This document shows positions 34,576 to 45,660 of a stretch of 64,000 nucleotides of DNA, piece after piece. Each line of letters opens with the position of its first letter. Position 1 is the first letter of the stretch. Origin of the DNA: Selaginella moellendorffii (lineage: Eukaryota; Plantae; Lycopodiophyta); contig NW_003314323.1 of the NCBI RefSeq assembly GCF_000143415.4, positions 562,499 through 626,498 of the forward strand, given 5' to 3'. A program made the position numbers and the translations under genes. Below the pieces are notes generated by a model. The model was not told where the DNA came from. It saw nothing but the letters and a program-made list of their open reading frames with translations, and made no database searches.

Positions 34576-35076
34576 CTGGGATGGAATAAATGCATCCATC
34601 GAGCAAAATAAGAGCGTCGAGACAAGCATTCTTTTCTATCTTACACAAGTACTTCTAGCTTTCACGAGTGGGAATTTTCTTTAGATCGCAGCCCTCGACA
34701 CAATGCTGCTGCCACTGCTGCTGCTACTCGAATGCATTGTCTTGATTTCGCTGCCGCGACTGGGCAGCATTGATGTCAACAACATCTTGAGGTCAGTCAA
34801 TGCCGTATACTTCAAGCCTATTTCTCTATTGTTGCTCTGGCGTTATTTTGGTGGTGTTTTGTTTCTTTTGACGATGCTTGACCACCGCTGATGAACACAA
34901 TGTGACCACTCATCAAAGAAAAAAACGTGTTGTAACATTGAAAGTTCTTCAGCTTTAGATAGTGACAGGTGATGCTCCACAAGCAACTTGAAAAGCATTC
35001 GTCTACACACATTTAATATCTGTAGAAGGGTGCTCTAGAATCTTTGAGCTACTTGGGGCCGGACAGTAGCTGAACG

Positions 35077-36180
35077 ATGATCTTCTTGCTAATCTTGCTG
35101 CAGCTGCTACAACCAGCATATTGTCTCTTGGATGGTGATAACCAGGCTCTTCTCGACTTCAAGCAAGCCTTGAACAACTCAAGTGTCTTGCGTGACTGGA
35201 ACGCGAGCATTAACATGTGTAGTTGGCCAGGTATCGTTTGTAATTCAGCTCACACACACGTTGCTTCCATCCAGCTTGCTGCCATCTTGAGCTCAGCTGT
35301 TGGGCGTCTGCATCAACTTAAAAGCCTCAATTTATCAACCAACTCTATGGTGGGAAAGATTCCAGACGAGTTGGCAAATTGTTCCCAGCTGGAGCTATTG
35401 GATCTGCAAGGAAATTCTTTCCAAGGCAGAATTCCAGCCTCTCTAGGACGCTTACAAAAGCTCCGCAGCATTTGCTTAACAAAAATGCGCTGCTGGATGG
35501 AGAAATCCCAGAGAGTTTAGGAAACTGTTCAAGCCTCGAGGAGCTGAGTGTCACTAGCCTCTTTACCAGGGGCAGTTTGGTAGGCAAAATTCCTGAGTCA
35601 CTGGGACAACTCTTCAACTTGCGTCACCTCAGCCTTTCTTACAACAATTTTACAGGCTTACTTCCGGCAACCCTTGCGAACTGCTCAAAGCTAGAGGTTC
35701 TAGAAGCATCAAGTGTTGGATCCGTAGGCCTGTTTCCGCAATGGCTAGGAAGACATTCTAGGCTACGCACTTTGGAGCTCTTTGGCAACTCTCTTCGTGG
35801 TGAAATACCTGGGACGCTGCAAAACTGTTCGTGTTTGGAGTATTTTGATGTTTCAAACAACCTTCTCGGTTGCCTCAGTATTTTCTATCCATGCCACTTC
35901 TCACATCTCTGTCAGCTTTTGGAAATAATCTCACGTCAGTTGAGCTGGGGCCTTACATCAACTCAAGCCGAAGTGTAATCTCCTCTTTGGCCCTGGGAAA
36001 CAACGAACTCAGCGGCATGGAAACGTTTGAAGCCATTCTTGGAGGATTTATCGCTTCAAAGCAATCATTACTCTGGCGAGTTTCCTGCTCTGCTCCCTGT
36101 TCTAGTCCAAAACTGTAGCTTGACAACACTTGATCTCTCCAACAACTTCCTCTATTGGAGCATCCGAGCCGATGCTATCC
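35077..36180 (+). pseudogene. LRR receptor-like protein/kinase ectodomain pseudogene
   Basis: Signal peptide, LRRNT (DNQALLDFK...MCSWPGIVC) and plant LRRs LxxLxLxxNxLxGxIP across several frames. No TM or kinase domain. Confidence 0.85.
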
Positions 36181-37345
36181 TGAAGAGACATCCCTGTTCC
36201 CGGCTTGCCTTTTAGTCCCGGACTCTTCTGCGTGATTCCGCTGTTTCTGGTAGAACGTAAGGGTCCGGAGTTTGGAACAACGCCGTCAGCCAAAGGATAT
36301 GAGAGTCTTTTCTTCGCTGCATCTTTGTCTGGAGTTGCAGGCCTTTGCTTGGGAGTACTGCTGGAGCGGGACCGAGCTCTTGTGGATTCTGTCGGTGCCA
36401 TGTAGCTTGGAACCGAAGGATAGCTCGCAAGGCTCTCGTCATCCCTGACTGAACTTGAAATGCTCGAATTGTTGGGATGTTTCACAGCAATAGCTGGCAA
36501 GCTATTGTTTATTGTACTTCGGGGCGTCCTGTCGTCGACCAAACGCGTACTTCTTGGACTGGCCGAGTGAAGCATTCCTCTCGCGGATGGTGTGTGGTTG
36601 CCGTTGCTTTTGTTCGTGAGACTGGGACTATTCAGCTCGTTTTCCTGCTTCCGCCTGCCGCTTGAACTAATCCGCCCGGAATCAACCTCTAGTATTTTAG
36701 TTACCACGTCCTCGGTGCTCTTTAGAGAGAAGCCATCGGGAGCATCTTTCTCCATAGCACGGCCCTCCCACGGCCGAGCAGTCATCCACCGCTCTAACCA
36801 GCTCCATCCCCAGTGTGACTTTTCTGGATCCATCCAGATACATCGCAGAAGCATCTTTTGGTTCCGATCTCCACAGCTGCAATAAGAAGAAAGATGTACT
36901 TCTGAGCCAAATTCCTGGAGGCGTAAGCTTACTTGGTGAGAAAAAGCGTAGGCCAGAGCTCTCTCTCTTCTCATGGCAGCTTCCTGTTTGCTTTGCATCT
37001 TAGCTTGAATTTCCTCGGCAGTCTTCACGCTGTGATCCCAAACTTCCACACTCGTCTCAACCTTTGGAAACCAAAAGACAAACGAAGTCTAGTCAGCTGG
37101 AAAGCTGTGTTAAAATACGTACGTCAGGAAGCGCTTCTTGTTCCTCGAGTCGCTTTTGCCAAACTTGATTCTTCAGAGTTTGAGATTCTTCCGCCATCCT
37201 GACTCTTCTTGCACGTACCCGAGCTTGGACGCGCACAAGAGCTTGCATGCATCGTAACGTCATAGTTGCCTGACGACGGACGGCATGCCCGCGAACCAAA
37301 GCTTGTAGCCTTACCAGACCTCTCAAGGCACGCAGTGCACCATGC
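36102..37345 (-). pseudogene. IQ67-domain (IQD) gene, 5'-truncated and frameshifted
   Basis: [45 protein letters not shown]4005-type PSYMAPTES.RAR. Frameshift near 36830; first IQ exon not found. Confidence 0.8.
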
Positions 37346-39426
37346 AGCTGTATACCATGTGTCTTGTCGCGTGACCAGACGTGGGACCACGTGTTGAAAT
37401 CAACACGATAGATGAAACATGAAACAGAATTTACTAGGAGACCTTTTCAACTTTATGAAGGTACCACCAATACTGATCTATGGAGTACCTCCACCAAGAA
37501 AATGAGACCGCATTTTATTTAACTTGCAAGGAGCTGCTTGGTGTGTCTGTAAACCTGCAACGCCAACATTGAAAGGCTGCCAGCCAAGATCAACGCTTTC
37601 TGTGATCACACCCAGCGGAATCCATGCTTCCTCTTCAACAGGCCTGCTACAACAGCTGTTAGTGTTTTAGACTGACACGAAGTATTGGGAAGTTAGCATG
37701 TACTCAGGGGAATTGGATGGACTTGGACGTGCCAATAACGGACAAAGCTGATGCGAGACGCTTGCAGACCTTTGCAAACTTTCCATCCTCAGGAAGCGCG
37801 GTGTTCCATATAAGCGACAGGTTATTTCTTTCTTTCTTTGCAGCTCGATGACGAGGTTGCTAAATGCAGGTTTCTCTTTGCCATAGGGCTGTAACTATGT
37901 CTGTCACTCTTGTGGAACAGTGGCATACTATCTTGCTCGATGTTAGAGCAGGACTGAAAGCCCGAAGGAGGCGCCTTTCTTCTGCCAATCATTCTCAGAG
38001 TGCTCAAGAACGTGGCTCAACCAAACTACTAGAAGATGATATTCATTAGGTTCCTGGATCGATAAGTTTTGTGTGGATGCTCAAGTTGTAGTTCGTTAAC
38101 TATGACTGCTCCACTTTTGAAAGTTATGCCTGAAGTGAATCAAGTGTGGCAGGCCGCTTCAGGTGTTGAGGGTACGTAGTTAAACTCCTCTCCAAGATGC
38201 TATCATGAGATGTATCCATCTTACCTAGGACAACGAGCAATTGGAGACACCACACTACCGGCAGCTCCTTTTGGTTTGTGGTTTGCTTTGCTTCAGTGTT
38301 ATTAAAATCTTCAAATCACGCATCTGAAAAATCGTCTATTATTTCTTGAAAGCAGGATTTTTTGGTTTGCTTAAGCAAACCTATAGGGGGACTGAATATA
38401 CCTAGAATATACTTGGATATTCTAGGATATTCTACCATCTAACGGTTGTTATTTATTTAGATTAATTTTGTATTTATAATTTATAAACATGTTTATAATT
38501 TATAAACTTTCTTAAACCTTTTCTAGTATATTCTTTTTAATTCTACCATCTAATGGTTAATATGCAATAAAATTAATCTTGTATATATGAATTAGAAACA
38601 TGCTTATAATTATAAACTTTATTTGATCAATTAGATTAATAAGTAATAATAACACTAGTATTAAGCAAACCAAGCGTTGCTACATGCAATGCGTAGCAAT
38701 TTATTTTATCATGGAGCTTTTTATCTGAGAAGGTCTGGGACTGCAATGCCAACATTGAAAGGCCGGAGAACATCCAGGCCAAGATCAACGCTTACAAGCA
38801 GTGGAATCCAGGCTTTATGTTCTCTGAAGCGACCAATGATTGCTTGGAGCGTGTCAGGAAATGGGAAGAGCTTCTCAGTGATCGACCGGTTCCTCCGACC
38901 CGGCAGGATCAGAGAGGCTGGTGGATGACGCTGCAGTCCCCCAGGTAATGCCAAAGACGATGTAGCAAAGCTGCTCGTCGCTCTCGACGCCATTTTGGCG
39001 CTCTTGGCCACCGCCAAACTTGTTCGCTACCCGGTTCCGCGCACCACCATTAGGATACACTTCGATGGCTTGACGCTCTCGCAGATAACGCGATTTGTTC
39101 GTGGCAACCGCGGCTGTGGACAGTCTGCCAGTGCACGATAGATATCGCGCTTGTCCAAGACCTCGGCAAACGAGCATACTCAGGGGGTGGTGCGGGCATA
39201 CGGCATTCCACGGGATCGATTTCCTCGCAATTGGCCAGGAATGATCCCCCACGCAAGCATGAGATCAAATTCGATCTGGGGAGGATTCGCTGGTGAAGAT
39301 CCAATGCCTGGACAGGGCAGCCATAGCTAGAGCCACAGAGCTCGCACAAAACGATCGCTCAAATTGATCTTGGGTTTCTTTCCCGATCGCAGCTCTACCA
39401 GATCGATCCAAGAGCCCGCAAGTGCT

Positions 39427-40959
39427 ATGGATTTCCTCGGGGGAATTCATGAAGCTCCACAGGAATTTGATGCAATGCCAAGAAAACCTTTGGTATCTTG
39501 GAACACCATGCTTACAGTATATGCCCGTTCAGGGTATTTATCTAAAGCAAGAGTTTTGTTTGATTTAATGCCGAATCGCAACACGGTGTCGTGGAATGCA
39601 ATGATATCTGCAACCCTTAGCCACGGAAACTTTCAAGAAGCCAAGGACTTGTTTGATACAATGCCTTATCAAAACGCTGTGTCGTGTAACATCATGATCG
39701 TAGCGTACACCAATGAAGGGCGTCTCGATCTCGCGGAGAAGCTCTTTGATGCGATGCCGAAGAGGAGCTTGTTGTGCTGTAACTCAATGTTAAGAGGTTT
39801 CTTGCACTGCGACATGCACGATCGAGCAATATCTCTATTCGAGACAATGCCGCTGAGAGATCTGGTGACTTGGACGACGATGATCCATGGCTGCTCGCAA
39901 GAAGAGGAGATTCACGCTTTGCTCCACGGCCTCCCAGAGCACGACATCACCTCTGCCAATGCAGCATTGGCCGCTTTCGCCCAAAACGGGCATATGGACT
40001 CCGCAAAAGCTCTGCTCGAAAGCATGGAATCTAGAGACTTGGTATCTCTAAACACCATGCTCACAAACGAGCACCACGTCGAGGCAGCAAAGCTCGCCTT
40101 CGATCGCATGCCCGAGCGAGACGTGATCACTTTCAATGCGATGATCAAACTCCACGCCCAATGTGGAGACACCGAGTCTTCCAAGTCGCTTTTTGATCGC
40201 TGTCCAAGCACAAATCTATCGTCGTGGAACTTACTGCTACAAGCCTACGTCCAAAACGGACATATTGACGCAGGGAAGGGAGTGTTTGAAAGTATGCCCG
40301 AGCGCAGCCCCGCCTCTCACACGCTCATGGTCCAGGCATATGCCCTGGAAAGGCATATACCAGGCGTGGAATATGCGTGGACGAGCTCACCGTCGAGTGA
40401 TGTGGTTCTCACGACTGCCGTGTGCTTAGCATATGCCCAAGCCGGGCATCTGGAGAGATCGATGGCTGTGTTCCAGAGTATGCCACAGCAGCCAACCGCG
40501 GTTGCGTGGACCGCCATGCTCACGAGCCTGGCATATTCTGGGGATCGCGCCCGAGCGCTGTGGCTACTGCACGCCGTGAAGATCCAGGGGATATGCCTGG
40601 ATGCGGTGGTGTTCAAGAGCGTGCTGATTGCGTGTGTTCATATCGGGGTGCTGCGGCTTGCGATTGAGCAGTTTGTGTCGATGAGCTTTGATTTTGGGCT
40701 TGGGCCTGGAAAAGAGCATTACAGGTGCGTGCTCAACATTTTGGCGAGGGTGGGTCAGCTCGAGCTTGCGGAAGATTTGATCGCCAACATGCCGTTTGAG
40801 GATGACACGGTGGATTGGGAGGCATTGCTTGCCGCGTGCGTTGTTCATAACGATCGGCAACGAGGGAAAAGACTTGCTGCGAAGTTTCAAAGAAGAACTA
40901 CTGTTGCTCATGTTTTGCTAGCGAATTTGTGTTCAACACGGTCTTTACAGTCAACGTGA
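39427..40959 (+). CDS. PPR protein (S/SS-rich, E domain); copy A of the triplicated unit
   Basis: Open 531-codon frame with VSWN.ML..Y...G motifs and E motif (EHYRCVLNILARVG..MPFEDD..WEALL.AC). The 5' end is uncertain. Confidence 0.75.
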   Translation: MDFLGGIHEAPQEFDAMPRKPLVSWNTMLTVYARSGYLSKARVLFDLMPNRNTVSWNAMISATLSHGNFQEAKDLFDTMPYQNAVSCNIMIVAYTNEGRLDLAEKLFDAMPKRSLLCCNSMLRGFLHCDMHDRAISLFETMPLRDLVTWTTMIHGCSQEEEIHALLHGLPEHDITSANAALAAFAQNGHMDSAKALLESMESRDLVSLNTMLTNEHHVEAAKLAFDRMPERDVITFNAMIKLHAQCGDTESSKSLFDRCPSTNLSSWNLLLQAYVQNGHIDAGKGVFESMPERSPASHTLMVQAYALERHIPGVEYAWTSSPSSDVVLTTAVCLAYAQAGHLERSMAVFQSMPQQPTAVAWTAMLTSLAYSGDRARALWLLHAVKIQGICLDAVVFKSVLIACVHIGVLRLAIEQFVSMSFDFGLGPGKEHYRCVLNILARVGQLELAEDLIANMPFEDDTVDWEALLAACVVHNDRQRGKRLAAKFQRRTTVAHVLLANLCSTRSLQST

Positions 40960-42058
40960 TTGTTTGCATACACATTTCTGATATTGCTTCTGGAAATCAT
41001 CGCTCAGATAAAAGGAAATATATTTGTTTCTTTGAAAACAGAATTTCCAGCAAATCGTAGTGAACCTTCTCCAGCTAGTAGCCTCTCTTTCCATCGCAGA
41101 CTTCATAGATCTGGACAGCTTCTCAAGAGCTGCTGGATACTTTGCATGAAGGATCGGAAGGACAACCATCGGAGCGCGACGATGGACTTATCCCCAGTCA
41201 ACCATGGGGAAAACCATTAAAATAGAATGCAGATCTCTACACCGTGCATTGCCACCCAAGATCTTTGGATATTACACTTCCCATTGTAAATATTACTCTT
41301 TTACTACACGTAGTTCAACCGCACAGCCGGGCTAGGGGAGAAGGTATGAGCGACACTTGTTTGTTTGCGCGCCCTAGGAGGGATAAAATGTTGCTTTAGC
41401 ACAGCTCCTCCCTTAACCAGCACTGCGCAGCACCAGAGATGGGAGCTGGCACCCCTCGAGCACGAGGATGTCGTGGTACACACGTGCTAAAATGATAGCT
41501 GAGACCATTGAGAAATGATTTTACTTGCTTGCGCACTGGATTGACGCTGATTGCTGTGTGAGCTATAGCCCAATCGATTTGCAGGTCGTATGGCTCTTCT
41601 GTGCCTAGGCCTTTGCCGACTCAGCTCAAAATCCACGGGTCACAGCCGCAAATGTGTGTGCTTGCACTAGGTATATAAAGCTTGGCTCGCGATTGGATGA
41701 TGGGTAGAGGAAAGGGATTGGCCAGCTCTCTCCTGGATGCCCTGGCAGAAGTGCGTTTCTTCCAACGTCTCTCTCGCTGTATCCGTATGCTGTACTCGTG
41801 TACATCCCCTGTACACTAGGATGGTAAGTTTTTTACTTTCTGATGTTTTTTTAAATTTTTTTTTGTTTGGGTGGGTAATAGCCGTATCCGACGGTGCCGA
41901 TTGGCCAGATCTGGCGGCCCATAAAGTTCGGCAATCGCTCCTTTTGCTAAACGATATAACATATTTTAATTTTAATTTAATTACAAAAAACGTAGCATAC
42001 CAAGCATTGTGGCTGTGCGTACCCCGGGCTCAAAACTGTTCTTTTGAGCATAGAAAGG

Positions 42059-44034
42059 ATGGCCAGCAACACCCAAGAGTATATCTTTAGATCCAAGCTG
42101 CCAGATATCGAGCTTGAGAATCACTTGCCTCTCACGGAGTACCTGTTCCAGCGCCACCAGGGGAAAGCTTCGAGCCGCCCCTGCCTGATCGATGCCGAGG
42201 CGGGCAGAGTTCTCAGCTATGGCGACGTGGATCTTCTCGCGCGGCGCGTTGGCGCGGGGCTGTCGCGCCTCGGCATCCGCAAGGGCGACGTCGTCATGCT
42301 CCTCCTCCCGAATTGCATCGAATTCGTGCTCGCGTTCCTTGGCGCGGCGAGAATCGGCGCCACCGTCACCACCGCCAATCCACTGTGCACGGCCAGCGAG
42401 ATTGAGAAGCAGGCCAGCGGCTCCGGTGCCCGGATGATCGTGACGCAGGCTGCGCAGATCGACAAGCTCGATCGCCTCCTCCACCAGGAAGATCAAGAGC
42501 GCGAAATATGTGTAATGCTGGTGAGCGATGGCTTTGATCCCATCAAGGCCGCGGCGAAGAGCCATCCCGGCGTCGATCGATCCAATGTGATGTTCTTCGC
42601 AAGCGCGCTGCTCCAGGCCGATGAATCCGAGTGCCCGAAGGTGGAGATCGCGGCGGAAGTGGACGTCGTGACGCTGCCATTCTCGTCCGGCACCACATCG
42701 CTGCCCAAGGGCGTGGAGCTGACGCACAAGAATCTCATCACTTGTATCGCGCAGCTCGTCGATGGCGAGAACCCTAATCTCTTCCTGCATGGCAACGATC
42801 GCATGCTGTGCGTTCTTCCCCTCTTCCACATCTACTGCCTCAGCTGCGTCCTCTTCGCGTCCCTCCGCGCCGGCGCCGCGATCGTGGTCATGCGCAAGTA
42901 CGAGATCGGCGCCATGCTGGGAGCGATCCAGCGCTTCCAGGTCACGGCGGCGTGCCTGGTGCCACCGATTCTCCTGGCGCTGGCCAAGAATCCCGTCGTC
43001 GGCGACTACGATCTCTCCTCGCTGCGATTCATCATGTCCGGGGCCGCGCCGCTGGGCAAGGAGCTGGAGCGAGCCATCGGCGACAAGCTCCCCGGCGCGA
43101 TCATCGCTCAGGTCAGTCGGGACCCATCGATCGCGAAGATATCATGAATATTTCGATCGATTCGTGGTCTTGCAAGAACGAGCTTGTACTGATCGTGTGG
43201 TTTCATGGACAGGGATACGGGATGACCGAAGCCGGCCCTCTCATCTCCATGAGCCTGGGCTTTGCCAAGACGCCATTCGCGATCAAGTCGGGCTCTTGCG
43301 GCACGATCGTGCGCAACACCGACGCCAAGATCGTGGACACCGAGACGGGCGAGTCATTGGCGTATGGCGTGTGTGGCGAGATTTGCCTCCGCGGCCCCCA
43401 GATCATGAAGGGGTACCTCCGTAATGTGGAAGCCACCATGGCGACCATCGACAAGGAGGGATGGCTCCACACCGGCGACGTGGGATTCATCGACCTCGAC
43501 GAGGAGCTCTTCATTGTGGATCGTGTCAAGGAGCTCATCAAATTCAAGGGGTTCCAGGTAAAGAGAGAAAAGCTTGCTAGCTTTCGATATGAGAACTTTG
43601 GCATTCTTCGTGCATCCAGGTTGCGCCAGCGGAGATCGAAGCGCTCTTGGTCTCGCATCCACGGATTTGTGATGCTGCGGTCGTGGGGTATGTACGATTT
43701 TCTCGAAGATTATCTGCTCTGATGATGGATGGATGTTCCAGCAAGAGCGACGAAGTGGCTGGGGAGTTGCCGGTCGCGTTCGTGGTGCGAAGCCCCAGCA
43801 GTTTGCGCGTCTCGGAGGACGACGTCAAGCAATTCATTGCGAAACAGGTGAGGCGCCGGAATTTTTAACATCCGTTACTTTCCTGGGTCAGCTCATTGAA
43901 AGTTTCTTTTTGTCTCGACACAGGTTGTGTTCTACAAAAGGTTACACTCTGTCATCTTCGTTGACTCCATCCCCAAATCCGCCGCTGGAAAGATTCTGCG
44001 GAAGGTTCTCAAGAGCGCGCTCTCGACAAACTAG
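42059..44034 (+). CDS. 4CL: 4-coumarate:CoA ligase, copy 1 (exons 42059-43111, 43213-43557, 43620-43687, 43742-43847, 43924-44034)
   Basis: IFRSKLPDI, Box [22 protein letters not shown], Box [35 protein letters not shown]. No PTS1. Confidence 0.92.
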
Positions 44035-44254
44035 TTTAACATCAAGCCATGGATCGCTAGCTTTTGACTTTGCGCGGAACCAGCTCGAGCTTCTGACATA
44101 TGTTCCATTATACGAGGCTATGGTGGGCGATGAAACAATTGACTTCACAGTGTAGGTGGCCGCTCTCCAGCAGTCAGTCCTTCACTGTATAATTTGTAGA
44201 ACTTTCCAATCACTTCAATCAAACAAGAGTCCCGGAGGAACCTTTCCACTCACA

Positions 44255-45420
44255 CAGCTTGTTGTGCTGCAACTGTTTCTTGCACTGCGACATGCACGAT
44301 CGAGCAATATCTCTATTCGAGACAATGCCACTGAGAGATCTCGTGACTTGGACGACGATGATCCATGGCTGCTCGCAAGAACAGGAGATTCACGCTTTGC
44401 TCCACGGCCTCCCAGAGCACGACATCACCTCTGCCAATGCAGCATTGGCCGCTTTCGCCCAAAACGGGCATATGGACTCCGCAAAAGCTCTGCTCGAAAG
44501 CATGGAATCCAGAGACTTGGTATCTCTATGCTCACAAACGAGCACCAGGTCGAGGGAGCAAAGCTCGCCTTCGACTGCGATGATCGCCAATGTGGAGACA
44601 CCGAGTCTTCCAAGTCGCTATTTGATTGCCGTCCAGGCACAAATCTATCGTCGTGGAACTTACTGCTACAAGCCTACGTCCAAAACGGGCATATTGACGC
44701 AGCCGAGGGAGTGTTTGAGAGTATGCCCGAGCACAGCCCCACACGCTCATGGTCCAGGCATATGCCCTACCAAGCGTGGAATATGCGTGGACCAGCTCAC
44801 CGTCGAGTGATGTGGTTCTCACGACTGCCGTGTGCGTAGCATATGCCCAATCTGGGCATCCGGAGAGATCGATGGCTGTGTTCAAGAGTATGCGACAGCA
44901 GCCAACCGCGGCCGCCATGCTCACGAGCCTGGCATATTCTGGGGATCGCGCCCGAGCGCTGTGGCTGCTGCACGCCATAAAGATCCATCGGATATGCCTG
45001 AATGCGGTGGTGTTCAAGAGCTTGCTGATTGCTTGTGTTCATATTCGGGTGCTGCGGCTTGCGATCGAGCAGTTTGTGTCGATGAGCTTTGATTTTGGGC
45101 TTGGGCCTGGAAAAGAGCATTACAGGTGCGTTCTCAACATTTTGGCGAGGGTGGGTCAGCTCGAGCTTGCGGAAGATTTGATCGCCAACATGCCGTTTGA
45201 GGATAACATGGTGGATTGGGAGGCATTGCTTGCCGCGTGCGTTGTTCATAACGATCGGCAACGAGGGAAAAGACTTGCTGCGAAGTTTCGAGGAAGAACT
45301 ACTGTTGCTCATGTTTTGCTAGCGCAACACGGTTTTTACAGTCAACGTGATCAGTGTTTGTCTGGTTTTGATGTTGCTTGTGGAAATTATCGCCCAGTGA
45401 CAAAAACAAGGAGACAATAG
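44255..45420 (+). pseudogene. PPR pseudogene, copy B (5'-truncated, frameshifted duplicate of ~39766-40960)
   Basis: Near-identical to copy A with several small deletions and frameshifts. Confidence 0.88.
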
Positions 45421-45660
45421 AATAGAAAACAAGGATTCAATAGTTACAAAATCAACAATGTTTCACACGATATAACATGGTTGAATTTCAATTTAATTAC
45501 CAAAAACGTAGTCTTCACCATATAGAACATTGCGGCTGTGCATACCCAGGGCTCAAAACTGTCCTTTTGGCCACCCTGTTCGTACACAGACTATAAAGTT
45601 ATGTCCTCTTGGAATCTCATAAGCCACATTGTTTTCTAAAATTCTCACAGCATAGAAAGG

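Noticed and set aside
41221-41720. Possible miRNA hairpin upstream of 4CL copy 1
   Set aside because: No extended fold-back or known mature miRNA sequence visible.
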